NCBI RefSeq assembly: GCF_028641065.1
Contig: NC_073395.1
Coordinates: forward strand, 22,444,001 to 22,508,000
Direction: 5' to 3'
Origin: Leucoraja erinacea
Lineage: Eukaryota
Length of the DNA: 64,000 nt
Position 1 is the first letter of the stretch. Each line of letters begins with the position of its first letter. Of the stretch, positions 49,545 through 62,839 are shown piece after piece. A model generated the notes under the pieces. The model did not search any database. It saw only the letters and a list, made by a program, of their open reading frames with translations, and was not told where the DNA came from. The translations under genes and the position numbers were made by a program.

Positions 49545-52500
49545 GTTTGAAGTGCTTAATTTTAGATGACTGGCTTTGAATTCCATCCCCACACACAGTG
49601 ACAATGAAAGTGCACAGCATTACGTCATTGGAGCAACTTTAGCAGCCACTCCTCGCCCAACCCATTTTCCTAAATATGTTCTGGCCAGTTACCGAGCACT
49701 TCTCTCAATGTGAAAACCTTGGTAGCGTTCGGAAGTCAAGGTACCACACCATTCAAGCCCAAGACACTGTAGTTCTGGGCGGTAGCACTGTGTCCGAGGT
49801 CAACTGTTCCAGGGCCTTTAGGTGCAAAGATGAGGATTGCCAACTCGTTTCACAGCCTAAATGCCTGATTTAAAAACATTGCCACCAGTTGTAGCCCCTT
49901 CCTTATCATAGAAAATAGGTGCAGGAGTAGGCATTCGGCCCTTCGAGCCATCACCGCAATTTAATATGATCATGGCTGATCATTCAAAATCAGTACCCTG
50001 TTCCTGCTTTCTCCCCGTCTTAAGTATCAACATGCTCATTTTTAATATGTCATTAGTTGTGGATTCTAGCACACATGTTAGTGTGACCAAGTAGTTAAAT
50101 TGGCTTGAGGCTTGGTTAATGGTGCTGTCAGGCCATACTCGCCCCCTGCCCCCCTGCATGTTACAATAAAGGCTACATTCTTGGGTTAAATTTGAGTCAA
50201 CTGTGACATCACATGTTGTAAATGCCTTAACCGTTCATTAAGGGAACCGTTGTACCTTTCTGAGATTTCCATCATTACTATGACTTTTTTTTAAAGCTGT
50301 TGGAATGAAAAGTTCAGGTTACACCCATGTCAAATGATCGAATGTGAACTGTCCCTACAACTGTATACAATTAAATGTACTTGAAGTGAATGGGCAGCTA
50401 CTGGAAACTTACTAATGTTGTGTTATTATTTACTAGTAAAATTGGTGCTCACCTCTCGCGAAGGTTCTGAAACCTTGCAAAAAAAAAAATTAAAATCTTT
50501 TTTTTTTTTTTAAAGTGTTTTTGTTTTATTTCATTCATCCATGCTGAGCAAGCTGCGTACCTGAGTTAGCCCATTTGCCTGGTAACGTTAGGCCCATATC
50601 TCTCTAAACCTTTTCTGTCAATGTATCTGTCCAAAGGTGATTGTACTTCCATCCGCCTCCTTAACTGACATCTCATTCCATACACCCACCACCCTCTGTG
50701 GAAAGAGTTGCTCCTTAGATCAACTTTAAACCTTTACTGTCTCATGATTTTATAAACCTCCATCTGGTTACCCATCGGCTTTCTAATTCCAGGGGGGAAA
50801 AAGACACAGCCTATTTAGTGTCTCCTTACAATACACCTTTTCCAGTTTAATGACATCCTTATAGCTAGGTAAACGGAGCTCCATGCTGTACTCCCAAGTG
50901 TGGTCTCACCAGCATCTTGCACATTTGAACAGGATGTCCTAGTTCTTGTACCCTGACCAATGAGGGCCAGCATGCCAAATGCCTTCTTCACAACCTTGTC
51001 TGTGTTGTCAAGTTTAAAGAAATAGTATTTGTACCAGTGCAGGAAGGAACTGCAGGTGCTGGTTTATACCAAAGATGGACACAAAGTGCTGGAGCAACTC
51101 AGCGGGTCAGGCAGCATCGTTTGAGAAAAGTCTGAAGGAAGGATTGAAACCTAAAACATCACCTGTTCCTTTACTCCAGAGATGTTGCCTGACTCACTGA
51201 GTTGCTCCAGCACTTTGTGTCTGTCTTTTGTACTTGTAGGTCTCTGGTATACAACACTGCCCATTGTGAGGTAGTTCATGTTTCTTCTAGCTGGCAATAT
51301 CCAGAACCTGGGGTTGCAGTCTCAAAGTCAGGGGCCAGAAATAAAAATAAATTTCTTCACACAGGATTTGGAGGGCATTTGGGATTCTTTGCTGAGATCC
51401 AATTATTGAGTATGTTAATGAGAGATTGACAGATATTAAGGTGAATCAGGAGACAACAGATGAATGCAGGAAAGTTGCACGGAGGTAAAACATCTTGTCT
51501 AATCTGCAGACAAGATCAGGCACAATGAATCTAAAGACCAACTCCTTGTAATTCCAGTGTTCCTGCATAAATGCAATCTGACAGTGGTATACTCATGTTT
51601 TTATACAACTTAGTCACTGGTGTTGGATGATAGGTGATGCCTCTCTGGGAATGTCACGCAGAGTTGCCACACTGGCAGCATCTTGCTGCCTATTGTATTT
51701 AATATGTATGGTACTTCTGACCTGTTTGGATAGCATGCAAAACAAAGCTTTTTATTTTTTTTCATTAAACATTTTTTTAAATGCTATTTTACACAAAATG
51801 TTTAACCGTTAAAATAAGTTACCATGCACAAAATAAAATGATAGATCATAAACTGCAGTTAGACAGCCATTCCACAAGATTGGTGAATAATCTGCAAAGT
51901 ACTGTAAAGCATACCAGGCCTTTCATTTGAATATAAATATACTGTAACTGTAATAAAGCAATATTACAAAGACTTTGCCACACATAAGATAATTTGCTAC
52001 ATGTTTATTTTGCTTCATACATTGTAAAGTAGAAGCTATATTGCACTGGGATAATGATTCTGAGATTCCTCATAATTTAGGTGGAGCTTGGAGGTTCAAT
52101 GGAATACTGACTGAACATTAGTTACAAAGATTGCTATTGAACTAAATGGGTGCTTTATTTTTCTCGTGTAGTTGCCATCCTGCAACATTTGACCTTTGTT
52201 TAATTTAAAGATTCAGTTTGACATGATTCACAGATCCAAAGCATCAGTCAGATGACAACCAGGTCTTGAATTTGATGCTAAACTATAGACAATAGGTGCA
52301 GGAGTAAGCCATTTGGCCCTTCGAGCCAGCACCGCCATACACTGATCATCCACATTCAGTACCCCCTTTCTGCCTTCTCCCCATATCCCTTAACTCTGCC
52401 ATCTTTAACAGCTCTATCTAGCTCTATTGAAAGCATCCAGAAAATTGGCCTTCTGAGACAAAGAATTACACAGATTCACAACTCTGGGTGTAAAAGTTTT

Positions 52501-53505
52501 TCCTCGTCTCCGTTCTAAATAGCCTACCCCTTATTCTTAAACTGTGGCCCCTGGTTCTGGACTCCCTCAGCACCAGGAACACCAGTAGTTGCATACTACT
52601 GACCGTGCTTTCTTTCCATGGATTGTGGCTGTAAGACACTTAATTTCTGCAAACAAGATTGCCCATTTTCTGCAGCAGAAGATTCATCTCCGTCAAGTAT
52701 TAGGGATATTATTTTTAACTGCTCTCAAAGTAAAGGCTGCACATATTATCCTTCCCTGGTAGCCTTGCAAATGTACTGGACAATAGCAACCACATGACGC
52801 GAGACTGGAATCTCATGTCGACCAGACGAGGCAGGCTTGGTAGATTCCTTTCATAGAGTCATACAGCTGAGAAACAAGCCCTTCAGCCCAACTTGCCCAT
52901 GCCAACCAAGATGCTCCATCTACATATCTCGCATGTCTGCATTTGGCCCATATCTCTCTAAACCTTATCCATGTACCTGTCCAAATGTATTTTAAATGTT
53001 GTCATGCCACAACTACCTCCTCTGGCAGCTCGTTCCCTATGCCCTCCAACTGGAAAAGCTGCTCCTCAAGTTCCTATTAAATATTTCACCTTAAACCTAT
53101 GACCTCTGAAATGTTCATGATAGTTACTGTTCATGAGATTACCCTTCACTACTTCCCTGATGCACGCATCCAAATTCTGCATTTCTTAAATTTTGTCAAA
53201 CAGATTGCTTTAAGATCTTTATCTCTGAATTTCACTTTATTTTGTGAGGTGTGCCTTGACATCCCCACGGACTGATTGTGAAAATCATGCCCATTTGTTC
53301 CATTTTTTTTTAAGCTATTGAAATTCAATTTAATTATGCTTTGATTGCATAAATTTGTTTTCTGAAAATGTACCTACCAAAAGCAGAAAAGATCAACTAT
53401 AAAGATTATCTTTACTTTCAAATTTAAAAAAAAGGTTAACTACTGGGAATTACATTTGGTAAACTAGTTTGTTAGGTCGAATAAAAATAAGTGGTAGCGC
53501 AGGTC

Positions 53506-56500
53506 TTAAATGTTGGGTCGCACTAGTCTGAACTGCCCTGTGGGATCGGGAAGATACCATCTTTCCCAAAATTCCATGTGTGCAGTGGGATAATCCCAGG
53601 GTTTAAATCTTCCATTCCAATGCAGCAACTTTGCTTCAGTAAGGAAATGTTCTGAATATCTGGCATCAGGGCTCCAACCTAGAAGCAACACAATTGAAAA
53701 TATCATGTTTAAGCATTTTGTTTCCGGACAGTAATGTGTCTAATAAACAGCACCCAAACAGGGAAGAAGCCAGAGCACCCGGAGAAAACCCATGTGGTCA
53801 CAAACCCCACACAGACTGCACCCAAAGTCAGGGTCAAACCAGGGTCTCTGGTGCAGTGAGGCTTCTTAAATTCCTATTAAATCTTTCACCTTAAACCTAT
53901 GACCTCTGAAATGTTCATGATAGGTACTGTTCATGAGATTATCCTTAGTTTTGGTTTAGTTTAATTTAGATATACAGCGTAGAAACAGGCCCTTTGTCTC
54001 ACTGTGATCCCCGTACACTAGCACTATCCTACACACTAGTGTCCATTTATGATTTTTAACTAATTAACCTACAAACCTGTACGTCTTTGAAATGTGGTTG
54101 GAAACCGGAGCGCCCATGAAAACCCATGTGGGTCATGGGGAGAACGTGCAAACTTCACACAGACAGCACCTGTAGTCAGGATCAAACCCCTGTCTCCGGC
54201 GGCAACTCTACCGCTGCACCACTGTGTCGCCCCAAATTCTGCTGCTGCAGAACTGCTGTGAAGCCACACTCTACCGCTGCCAGATTCTTCACTACCTCCA
54301 TCTACACTTCACATGCATCGGGTAAGCAGCCAACATAATCAAAGACCTTTCCCACCCATGGTCATTCCTTCTTCCCGCTTCCGTCGGGCAGAAGATACAG
54401 AAACTTGAATGCTTGCGCCACCAGACTCGGGAACAGCTTCTTTCCCTCAGTTATCAGGCTTTTGAACGGTCCTTCTATAAGCTAAGGTACTGTCCAATTC
54501 ACCTCTATCTCATTGCGGACATTGGACCTTGTCTCTGGAACTGATGCTACAATGTTGAGAACTATATTCTTCACTCCATATCTTCCCTGTTGCTCTCCTT
54601 ATTGTACAAGAGTCTGGCTAGATTGTATTTATATACAGTATAACTCTATATAATTTGATTGGATAAGTAGTCAAAACATAGCTTATCTCTGTACTTCGGT
54701 GTACATGACAATAACAAACGTAAATTTAAACCTGTCTTTCTTAAAACCATTAGAATTGGAGTTACACTAAATAATTTCCAAGGTGTGATCAATATGCCCA
54801 AACTGCTCTCCCAAATGTCCTTACAAAACTCATTTTATTAATGTTAGTCATTCCGGAAATAGGTTCTTACCCAGGTGGCGAATATGCCACAACGGATTCA
54901 ATACTGTGTGCTTCTCGTGAAACACTATTAACATGGGAGGGGTCACCACTCCTTCACCCAATGCACTGCTGTATAGATTCTCCCTGTGAAAAAACATACA
55001 AGCATCAAAATAAAGTTCACATCAAGCAATCCAGCCTTGGTCCCATTCTACTTATTAAAAAACATAAACATGTTAATAGAGTCAAGAATCTCTTATTATC
55101 ATATATATATATATATCTTCAAAAGTCTGATAACAGAGTAAAATAAACTGCCGGGAGCGGGGAGAAGAAGGAATGACCGGGTGGGATATATATATATATA
55201 TATACATGATATAACCCTGCAGGTATTACACCTATATTTCTCAATGGCTTCCATCTATCTCAATGTTACCAAAAGGAGCAGGTTGAGGATATGGCCCAAA
55301 TGGACGTTCTCAAAATGGGATATCACACTGTGACAGAGCAGAGTTCTAAAATTTAGTGCAAAAAACAAACTGCTTGAGGAACTCAGTAGGTCAGGAAGCA
55401 TCTCTGGAGGCAAAGGGATGATAAACATTTCAATTTGTGACCCTACATCAAGTTCACATTGGAAATGCTACTGTAACTGTAGCAGTTCTTCCAGAAACTA
55501 AGATGTAGTTTTGATCTTCCGAACTACCTCATTGAACTTTTTCCTATGGAACTAATGCCACAATGCTGTAAAAATTATATTCCGCACTCCGATATTTTGC
55601 TCTTTTCACATGTACTTGGTGTACTTTTGTATGGCTTGATTGTACACATGTATAGTATGTTGGGCGGCACAGTGGCGCAGAGGTTGTTGCTGCCCTACAG
55701 TGCCAGAGACCTGGTTTGACCCAGACCACGGGTGCTATCTGTGTGGTGTTTGTAAGTTCTCCCTGTGACTGTATGCGTTTTCTCCAGGTTTTGTCCCTCA
55801 CTCCAAAGAGTAACAGGTTTGTAGGTTAATTGGCTTTTGTAAAAATGTAAATTGTCCCTAGTGTGTTGGGTAGTGTTAGTGTACGGGGGTAATTACTGGT
55901 CGGCACAGATTTGGTGGGCCGATGGGGCTGTTTCCGCACTGTGTCTCCAAAGTCTGAAGTAAAGTCTAAAGTCTATTACTGTAACTGTAATGGTCCACCC
56001 ATGGGCAAGGATGGGTAGTCTCGATCCTCCAACCTACCTCATTGCGGACATTGATCTTTTTTCTCTGGAACTTTAATACTACAATGCTGCAAAACAATGT
56101 TCTGTACATGTAGCTGTTGTACTTATGTATGGCGCGATTGTACTCATGTATAGCATAAGTTGATTTGATTAGATAGCACACCAACAAAGGCTTCTCACTG
56201 TTTCTCTGCACACATGACAATGTCTACAATACACAATACCTCCCAGGTACAATCCCTCTTCCTCAGGGAGATTGTTTTAGGAAAGGCACGTCTAGGGTTA
56301 GCTTGCAACTTACTCCACATTTGCCACCAGCCACTTTTCCAGCTGCTTTGTTATTCGTTGCCGCTTCCACTCTGTGACATTTGCAACGAAGACACCGACA
56401 TTAAAAGAACAGGTGGTGGGATTTATCCCCAGAGCTCGGACTGTTGCCTTCCGGTAATCCAAGTGTCCCATGTACGTTGTCTGGAAAAGGAAGCACATTT

Positions 56501-59500
56501 CCAGAGACACAAGGAACTGCAGATGCTGCAATCGTGAGCGCAAAGTGTTGGAGGAACTCAGCGAGTCAGGCAGCAACTGTGGAGAGAATGGACAGATGAC
56601 GTTTCAAGATGGGTCTGAAGAAGGGTCCCGACCCAAAACGTTGCCTTTCCATTCCTTCCACAGATGCTGCCTGACCCGCTGAGTTCCTCCAGCATTTTGT
56701 TTTTAAATCAGATTTCCAGTTGTGTGCTTCTCGATAGAGTTCGTTTGATGGAGAGGGAGAAGTTCTCTTTTGCCAAAGTCTTTCATTAAAGTACATGTAA
56801 TCTAAAGGACGCAGTTGGTTTAAATAAAGTGTGAATGAGTGCTTAGCTGTTGCCCAACGCCACGACCGATCCGATTACCTGCATTCCCATGCTCCTGACC
56901 ATCTCGTGAGTTGAGGTCAAATCACAATCCGTCGAGAAGGCAGCAGCGTGTCCGGGACTCAGGACAATGTTGTACAGCTCCTGGATATCGCCTGCGAGGG
57001 CAAAACCAACTCAAGTTCAAAAAACGAGGAGTAACTGCGACATGCAAGTAAAACCGTTCAACAAAAGGGGCGGCACAATGGCGCAGCGGCAGAGTTGCTG
57101 CCTTCAGTATCATTCATTCATTTATTTATTACGGTGCCAGAGACACAGGTTCAATCCTGACTATGGGTGCTATCTGTAAGGAGTGTTCACGTTCTCCCTG
57201 AGACCACGTGGGTTTTCTCCAGGAGCTTCAATTTCCACCCATACTCTAAAGACGAGCTTTTGGAGCTTGGCCATCAGGAGATCGATCTCAGGCAGCTCTT
57301 ATTCACACAAAGAGTATTGGAAATCTGGGTAACTCTTTCCCAAATATCCATAATGTCAACATAAAGAGCTCTCCCGAGTTTAAAAAAAATCAAACTCGTG
57401 ATAAGCACGGAGAATGAATGTAGCGGGTACGTCGGAGCTCGGGGACGTCTCTTAGCGCTAACGGCAGGTACTTGGGAAGACTCGCTAACGGCAGGTAAGC
57501 ACGGGAAGAATCGTGAAGAATTTTCAACATGTTGAAAAATGTCCACGAGAGCCCTGAGTTCCGACGAGTGGCCATTACCATATATCTCCAAGTTCGAATC
57601 AGGGCAAACTCGGGAGAACTCTTGGAATGAACTCGTACTGTGGGACAGGGGTTTAAGTGGGAATAACGAGGGATGTCGAGTCGAGGTGGTTCAACATCTG
57701 CCGAGACCTAGAGCACGAACCATTCAGCCCTAGGTTTGCAATTTCCATTAGCTGGAGGGCTGAATGGCTCATGATCCAGGTTTCAGCAGATGTTTGAGTG
57801 CCCTGATTAAGGCAGTGCCAGTGAGGGAAGCTCCGGGCACATCTATCCACGCTACCGGGTGAGGTGTACCATCAGCACTGGTCCAACAATTCCTTCAGCA
57901 CGAAAGGTACCTTGTATAATGATATCATCGTCCAAGTAGATCACCTTCTCGTGATCACGAATGAGATAAGGAATGAAGTATCTGACAAAGTTGAGCTGAA
58001 ACGATAAAATCATTCCATGAGAAGGCACCACATGTGAAAAGTACCCCCTCTTTTCCCTCCTCCCATCAGGCAAGAGGTACAGAAGTGTGAAAACGCACAC
58101 CTCCAGATTCAAGAACAGTTTCTTCCCAGGTGCTATTGAGCAACCAAACCATCCTCTCATCATCTAGAGTGTAGTCCTGACCTCTCATCTAACTCATTGA
58201 GGATCTTTGAACTATCTTCAATCAGACTTCAATGTTACATCCTTGCACTAAATGTTGTGTCCTTTATCCTTTATCTGTGTACTGTGGATGGCTTGATTGT
58301 ATTTATGTACGGCCTTTTCTTTAACTGGATAGCACACAAACAAAAGATTTTTCACTGTCCCTCAGTACACGCGACAAAAATAAATTAAACTTAAAAAACC
58401 TTTATTTCTATGTTAAACAACAAATGGGAAACCTGGAAATATGCTTCAATGAGCACAGTACTTGATCAAACTGAACCATCCCATCAACAACTAGAGAGCG
58501 GTCCTGACCTACAATCTACCTTGTGGGAGACCCTCGGACGATCTTTAATTGGTCTGTACTGGACTTTATCTTGCATTGAAAATTATTCCCATTATTGCGC
58601 CATCTGTACACAGTGGATGGCTCGATTGTAACCATAGATTGTCTTTCCGCTGACTGGATAGAAGGCAACACAGTCTTTTCACTGTACTTCGGTGCATGTG
58701 GCAATAAACTAAACTAAACAAACTCTAGAAGGCCAAAAACAGCAGATGCACAGGGACACCTTCACTTCCAGGTTTCTCTCCAACATGTTATCCCAGTTTG
58801 AAACCTTCACTGTTCCTTCAACATCACTTGGTGAAAATCCTGCATCCTCCCACTAACGTCTGTGGGAGTATCTTCACCAACGGTATGGACTAGTACAGGT
58901 GGGCAGCTCACTAGCACTTCATCCAGGGCAGCTGGAGATCAACAATAACCCCTAGCTTGGCCAGTGGGGCCTCAGATGGAATCTTAAAACAGGAATTCTA
59001 CACGTGGCAGGTAAGAAAAGGAGACAGGGAGAGATCAGCAGCAACGTTTGCACTCAGTAGGTTATTCAGTCAGGAAGGAGCTGGCAGAGGAAGTGTGCCT
59101 TTGGTTCCACTGGTACCCTTCATATCCATGAGGTCTGAAGAGCATGGAAAGACACAAAGATTACATGGTTTTTGATTACTTCTTACAAAGCCAAAGTGTA
59201 TTTGATTACTGTGATCACATGATAATCACACATGAATTACTTGGATATGACAAGTTTAGAGCAATATGGACCAAATGCTGGCAGGAGGGAGGGACCAGTG
59301 TAGCTGGGACATGTTGGCCGGTGTGGGCAAGTTGAGCCAAAGGGCCTGTTTCCACACTCTATGACTAAGTGCTGGAGCCTCTCAGGCAGCATCCCCAAAG
59401 AACATGGATAGGTGACGTCCTGGACCCTCCTACATTGGCCAATGAAGGGTCCCGACTTGAAACCTCACCAATCCACGTTCTCCAGTGTTTGCTGCCTGAC

Positions 59501-62500
59501 CCGCAGAGTTACTCCACCACTTTGTGTTTTTTTCTTTTGTAAATTAGCATCTGCACTTTCTAGCATTATGGCAACATGTGTTATAGCAGAAGTACCTGTG
59601 CAACTGTTTGAGACCTTTGACAAAGGGAAAGGTTACAAAGGAGATCCTACAGGGTTCTACCGTTCTCTGTGGGAACTGGAACCCTCAGCACCGCCCCGCA
59701 ACCTTGTGGAGCACACGGCGTTCAGGCAACAGACATACTCACAGGCTGCAGTAACTCGGGCCTTGCAGAATCTGGTCTTACTTTCCCCTCCAGTATAGCA
59801 GGGTTGAATTCCATTATCTTGTACTGTATGCCTTTCAATTCTGTGCTCTCAATCCATTTGCTAACGGAGGAGAAGGGGGAGAGAGGAAAAAGAGCAACAC
59901 TGCCATCAACCAAATGGAATGATGATTTGGAGAGAAAGGGCTTTGAGCTTATTGCACCAAACCATTGTGAGGATTCTTGTTCCGCTTTAACCCACATTCC
60001 TTCAGTCGTATTCAACTAGAAAGATTCCCCATTCCTCCCACTGAACAAATAAGCAGATACATTGTCAGAGTTACAATTAAACAACCATCATGTATTTTCT
60101 AGTGAAAGACACAGAATGCTGGAATAACTCTGTAGGTCAGGCAGCACCTCTTGAGAAAAAGGATGGGTGACTCAGTCTGAAGAAGAGTCCCGACCCGGAC
60201 ATCGCCCATCCTTTTTCTCCAGAGATGCTGCCTGACCCGCTGTGTTACTCCAGCACTTTGCGTCTATCTTCGGGATAAACCGGCATCTGTGGTTCCATCC
60301 TGTACATCAAGTTGTGACATCATTGCCAATTTCAATGACCTGTCATATATTGATTGAATTGAGTGAAATATAGAGCATAGAAACAGGCCCTTCGGCCCAC
60401 CGAGTCCACACTGGCTATTGATCAGCTAGACACAAAATTTTGGAGTAACTAAGCAGGTCAGGCAGCATCTCTGGGGAAAAGAAACCCCTGAAGACCTGAA
60501 ATGCTGACCATCGATCACCCGTTTTCACTCAATGTGGTTTTCACCATTTCCATTTGCAAGTCGGGAGATTTGTCAAAAATCTGACAATCAATCCCACCTC
60601 CCCTCGGTCTTGCCATCACTAGTTCTTGGCCCACCCCATCCCCCTCACCTCTTTCTGCCAACTATCTCCCCTGCACTCCATCCATCTGAAGAAAGGTCCT
60701 GACCCAAAACGTCCTCGGTCCTGACCCACAGAGTTGCTACAGTGGTCTGCTTTTTTTGTGAAACATTTGTAAATGCTACATTAACAAGGGTTTCTGATAA
60801 TGTCTCTATACTTTTCAACAATTTTACATGAACACCATTTAATAAGAACATTAGGAGCAATAGGCCACACCGCTCCTCAAACCTACTCCAGCAGTTTCAC
60901 AGTATGGTATGGCAACTGCTCTGTCTCCGACCGGAAAGCACTGCAGAGGGTGGTGAAAACTGCCCAACGCATCACCAGTTCCTCACTCCCCTCCATTGAG
61001 TCTGTCCAAATCAAGCAATGTCTGCATCGTCAAGGACTGCTCTCACCCCAGCCACAGACTGTTTACCCTCCTACCATCCGTGAGGCGCTACAGGTCTCTC
61101 CGTTGCCGAACCAGCAGGTCCAGGAACAGCTTCTTCCCTGCGGCTGTTACATTACTTAACTCTACACCTTGGTGATTGCCAATCACACAACCACCCCCCT
61201 CCCTGGACACTCCTTCCCCTCTACTACTACTACTGTATGTACATATAGATATTTATTGCTCATTATTCTATGTTCGCTCTTCTGGGGACATGCTAACTGC
61301 ATTTCGTTGTCTCTGTACTGTACATTGCACAATGACAATAAAGATTGAATCAGAATCTGAATTTAGTTTAGTATAGAGGTACGGAGCGGAAAAAACAGCC
61401 CTTCGGCCCACTGAGTCTGCGCCGACTAGTGATCACTCGTACACTAGTTCTATTGTACACATTAAGGACAATTAGCAGAAGCCAAATAACCTACAAATCT
61501 GCATGTATCTGGAGTGTGGGAGGAACCTGGAGACAACCCACGCAGGTCACGGGGAAAGCGTACAAACTCCACACAGACAGCACCCATAGTCAGGATCAAA
61601 CCTGGGCCTCTGGTGCTGTAGGGCAACAACTCAACCACTGCACCACCATGCCGCCCTATTTAAATTATAGATAGCTTTGGTCTTGACTTCACTTTCCTGG
61701 CCAATCCTCATAAGTTGTCTCCTATACGTCAACAAATCTTTCTCATTTGGATGATTCCCTCAAAATGGAATTCCAAAGACGTCTGGGACATGAAATTCCT
61801 CCTCATTTAGGTCTTAAATGGAAATGGTGAACAATAGGTCGAAGATGAATAACTAGTACACGTTACCTTAGATGGCTGAGAGAGTCTCTCAGAGTAATTA
61901 TGTAGAAAAAGACTTTGGCTTTAGTGTTCTTATAGATGCTGTTGATTGTTGCTATCGTTCCTCCCATTCGGTCATCCGTCGCACATATTATGATCGGTAT
62001 TAAACCTTCTGCTGCATCTGCCCTGCTCTCCTCCACTGTGTGGACTGAACTATGTGGAGTTTCAAAATCAGGTTCTTCAGCTGTACAGCAAAAACACNNN
62101 NNNNNNNNNNNNNNNNNNNNNNNNNNNNNNNNNNNNNNNNNNNNNNNNNNNNNNNNNNNNNNNNNNNNNNNNNNNNNNNNNNNNNNNNNNNNNNNNNNNN
62201 NNNNNNNNNNNNNNNNNNNNNNNNNNNNNNNNNNNNNNNNNNNNNNNNNNNNNNNNNNNNNNNNNNNNNNNNNNNNNNNNNNNNNNNNNNNNNNNNNNNN
62301 NNNNNACAAAGGTACACAGTCCCACTCCCTGTAAACAGTCCATTCTGTCCAATATGTCTAAGCTAGTATTTGTGCCACATAGCTTACTTTATAAAATCAA
62401 TTAACATATCTTTCTGTTCCTTTCTCCTTCATATGCTTACTGTATGAAGTACAGAGGTATCTAGGTGCTATTAGAACACAGTACAGAGCACAGTATGACA

Positions 62501-62839
62501 CAGGAACAGGCCCTCGGCCCACTATATCTGTGCCAAACATAATACCAAGGCAATCTCCTCTGATCCATATCCCTCCATTCCATATATCCCCATATCTATC
62601 TAAAAGCCTCTTAATCCCCTCCATCGTATCGTATCATGTGCGTGATTATGAAATAATCATCACATAGGTGCAGCAAGTGATTAAGAAGCCAAATGGCATG
62701 AAAGTCCGAGTGTAGAAACAAGGGGGAATTGACATGGACTGCTCACCTGATACTTCCTCATAGAGCGGCGTGTTGTGAAATTTGTTATATAGCACCAGGC
62801 AAAATGTCAGAATTACTAAGAGCAGCAAGCCCTGATTAA
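53506..62839 (-). CDS. GLT8D2: Glycosyltransferase 8 domain-containing 2 (5'-partial; first coding exon lies outside the window)
   Basis: Exons 62839-62747, 62080-61867, 59860-59743, 57995-57911, 56991-56879, 56480-56314, 54983-54871, 53678-53506 join in frame. TM anchor NQGLLLLVILTFCLVLY, RPDSARPELLQPLNFVR, DxD motif VIYLDDDII, CSFNVGVFVAN, LLHWNGRFKPW. Tail-to-tail with TDG as in human. Confidence 0.95.
53945..54232 (-). mobile_element. tRNA-derived V-SINE
   Basis: Minus strand gggcgacacagtggtgcagcggtagagttgc...tgtgtgaagtttgcacgttctcccc...(ctaaa)n tail. Confidence 0.75.
55661..55975 (+). mobile_element. tRNA-derived V-SINE
   Basis: Head gggcggcacagtggcgcag, V-domain tgtgtggtgtttgtaagttctccctgtg, CR1-like 3' end and (aaagtct)n tail. 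Confidence 0.8.
57255..57652. mobile_element. Partial DNA transposon, probably PIF/Harbinger-type
   Basis: CpG-rich fragment ending gtgggacaggggt then taa (TWA-type target). The other terminus was not found. Confidence 0.45.
60105..60268. repeat. Palindromic Penelope-LTR-derived repeat (~60-bp inverted arms around a hammerhead-like core)
   Basis: agacacagaatgctggaataactc...gagaaaaaggatgggtga pairs with tcgcccatcctttttctc...gttactccagcactttgcgtct; the loop contains CTGAAGAagagtcccgaccc. Similar fold-backs at ~45600-45770, ~51065-51225 and ~56535-56702. Confidence 0.75.
60870..61362 (+). mobile_element. Rex1/Babar-type LINE 3' end
   Basis: TVWYGNCSVSDRKALQRVVKTAQRIT in ORF 60800-61159; tail atgacaataaagattgaatcagaatctgaat. 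Confidence 0.8.
61363..61657 (-). mobile_element. tRNA-derived V-SINE
   Basis: Minus-strand head gggcggcatggtggtgcagtggttgagttgttg, B-box-like ggtttgatcc, V-domain. Confidence 0.8.
62098..62305. other. Assembly gap (208 N) in a GLT8D2 intron
   Basis: Run of N, 17 nt from the exon boundary at 62080. Confidence 0.99.

Noticed and set aside
55661-55735. tRNA-like heads here and at ~54230, ~57068 and ~61657 as tRNA genes
   Set aside because: They run straight into the V-SINE core and lack a full cloverleaf, so they are SINE heads.
61936-62404. ORFs containing long X runs
   Set aside because: Artefacts of the 208-N gap; only the minus-strand GLT8D2 exon 62080-61867 is real.
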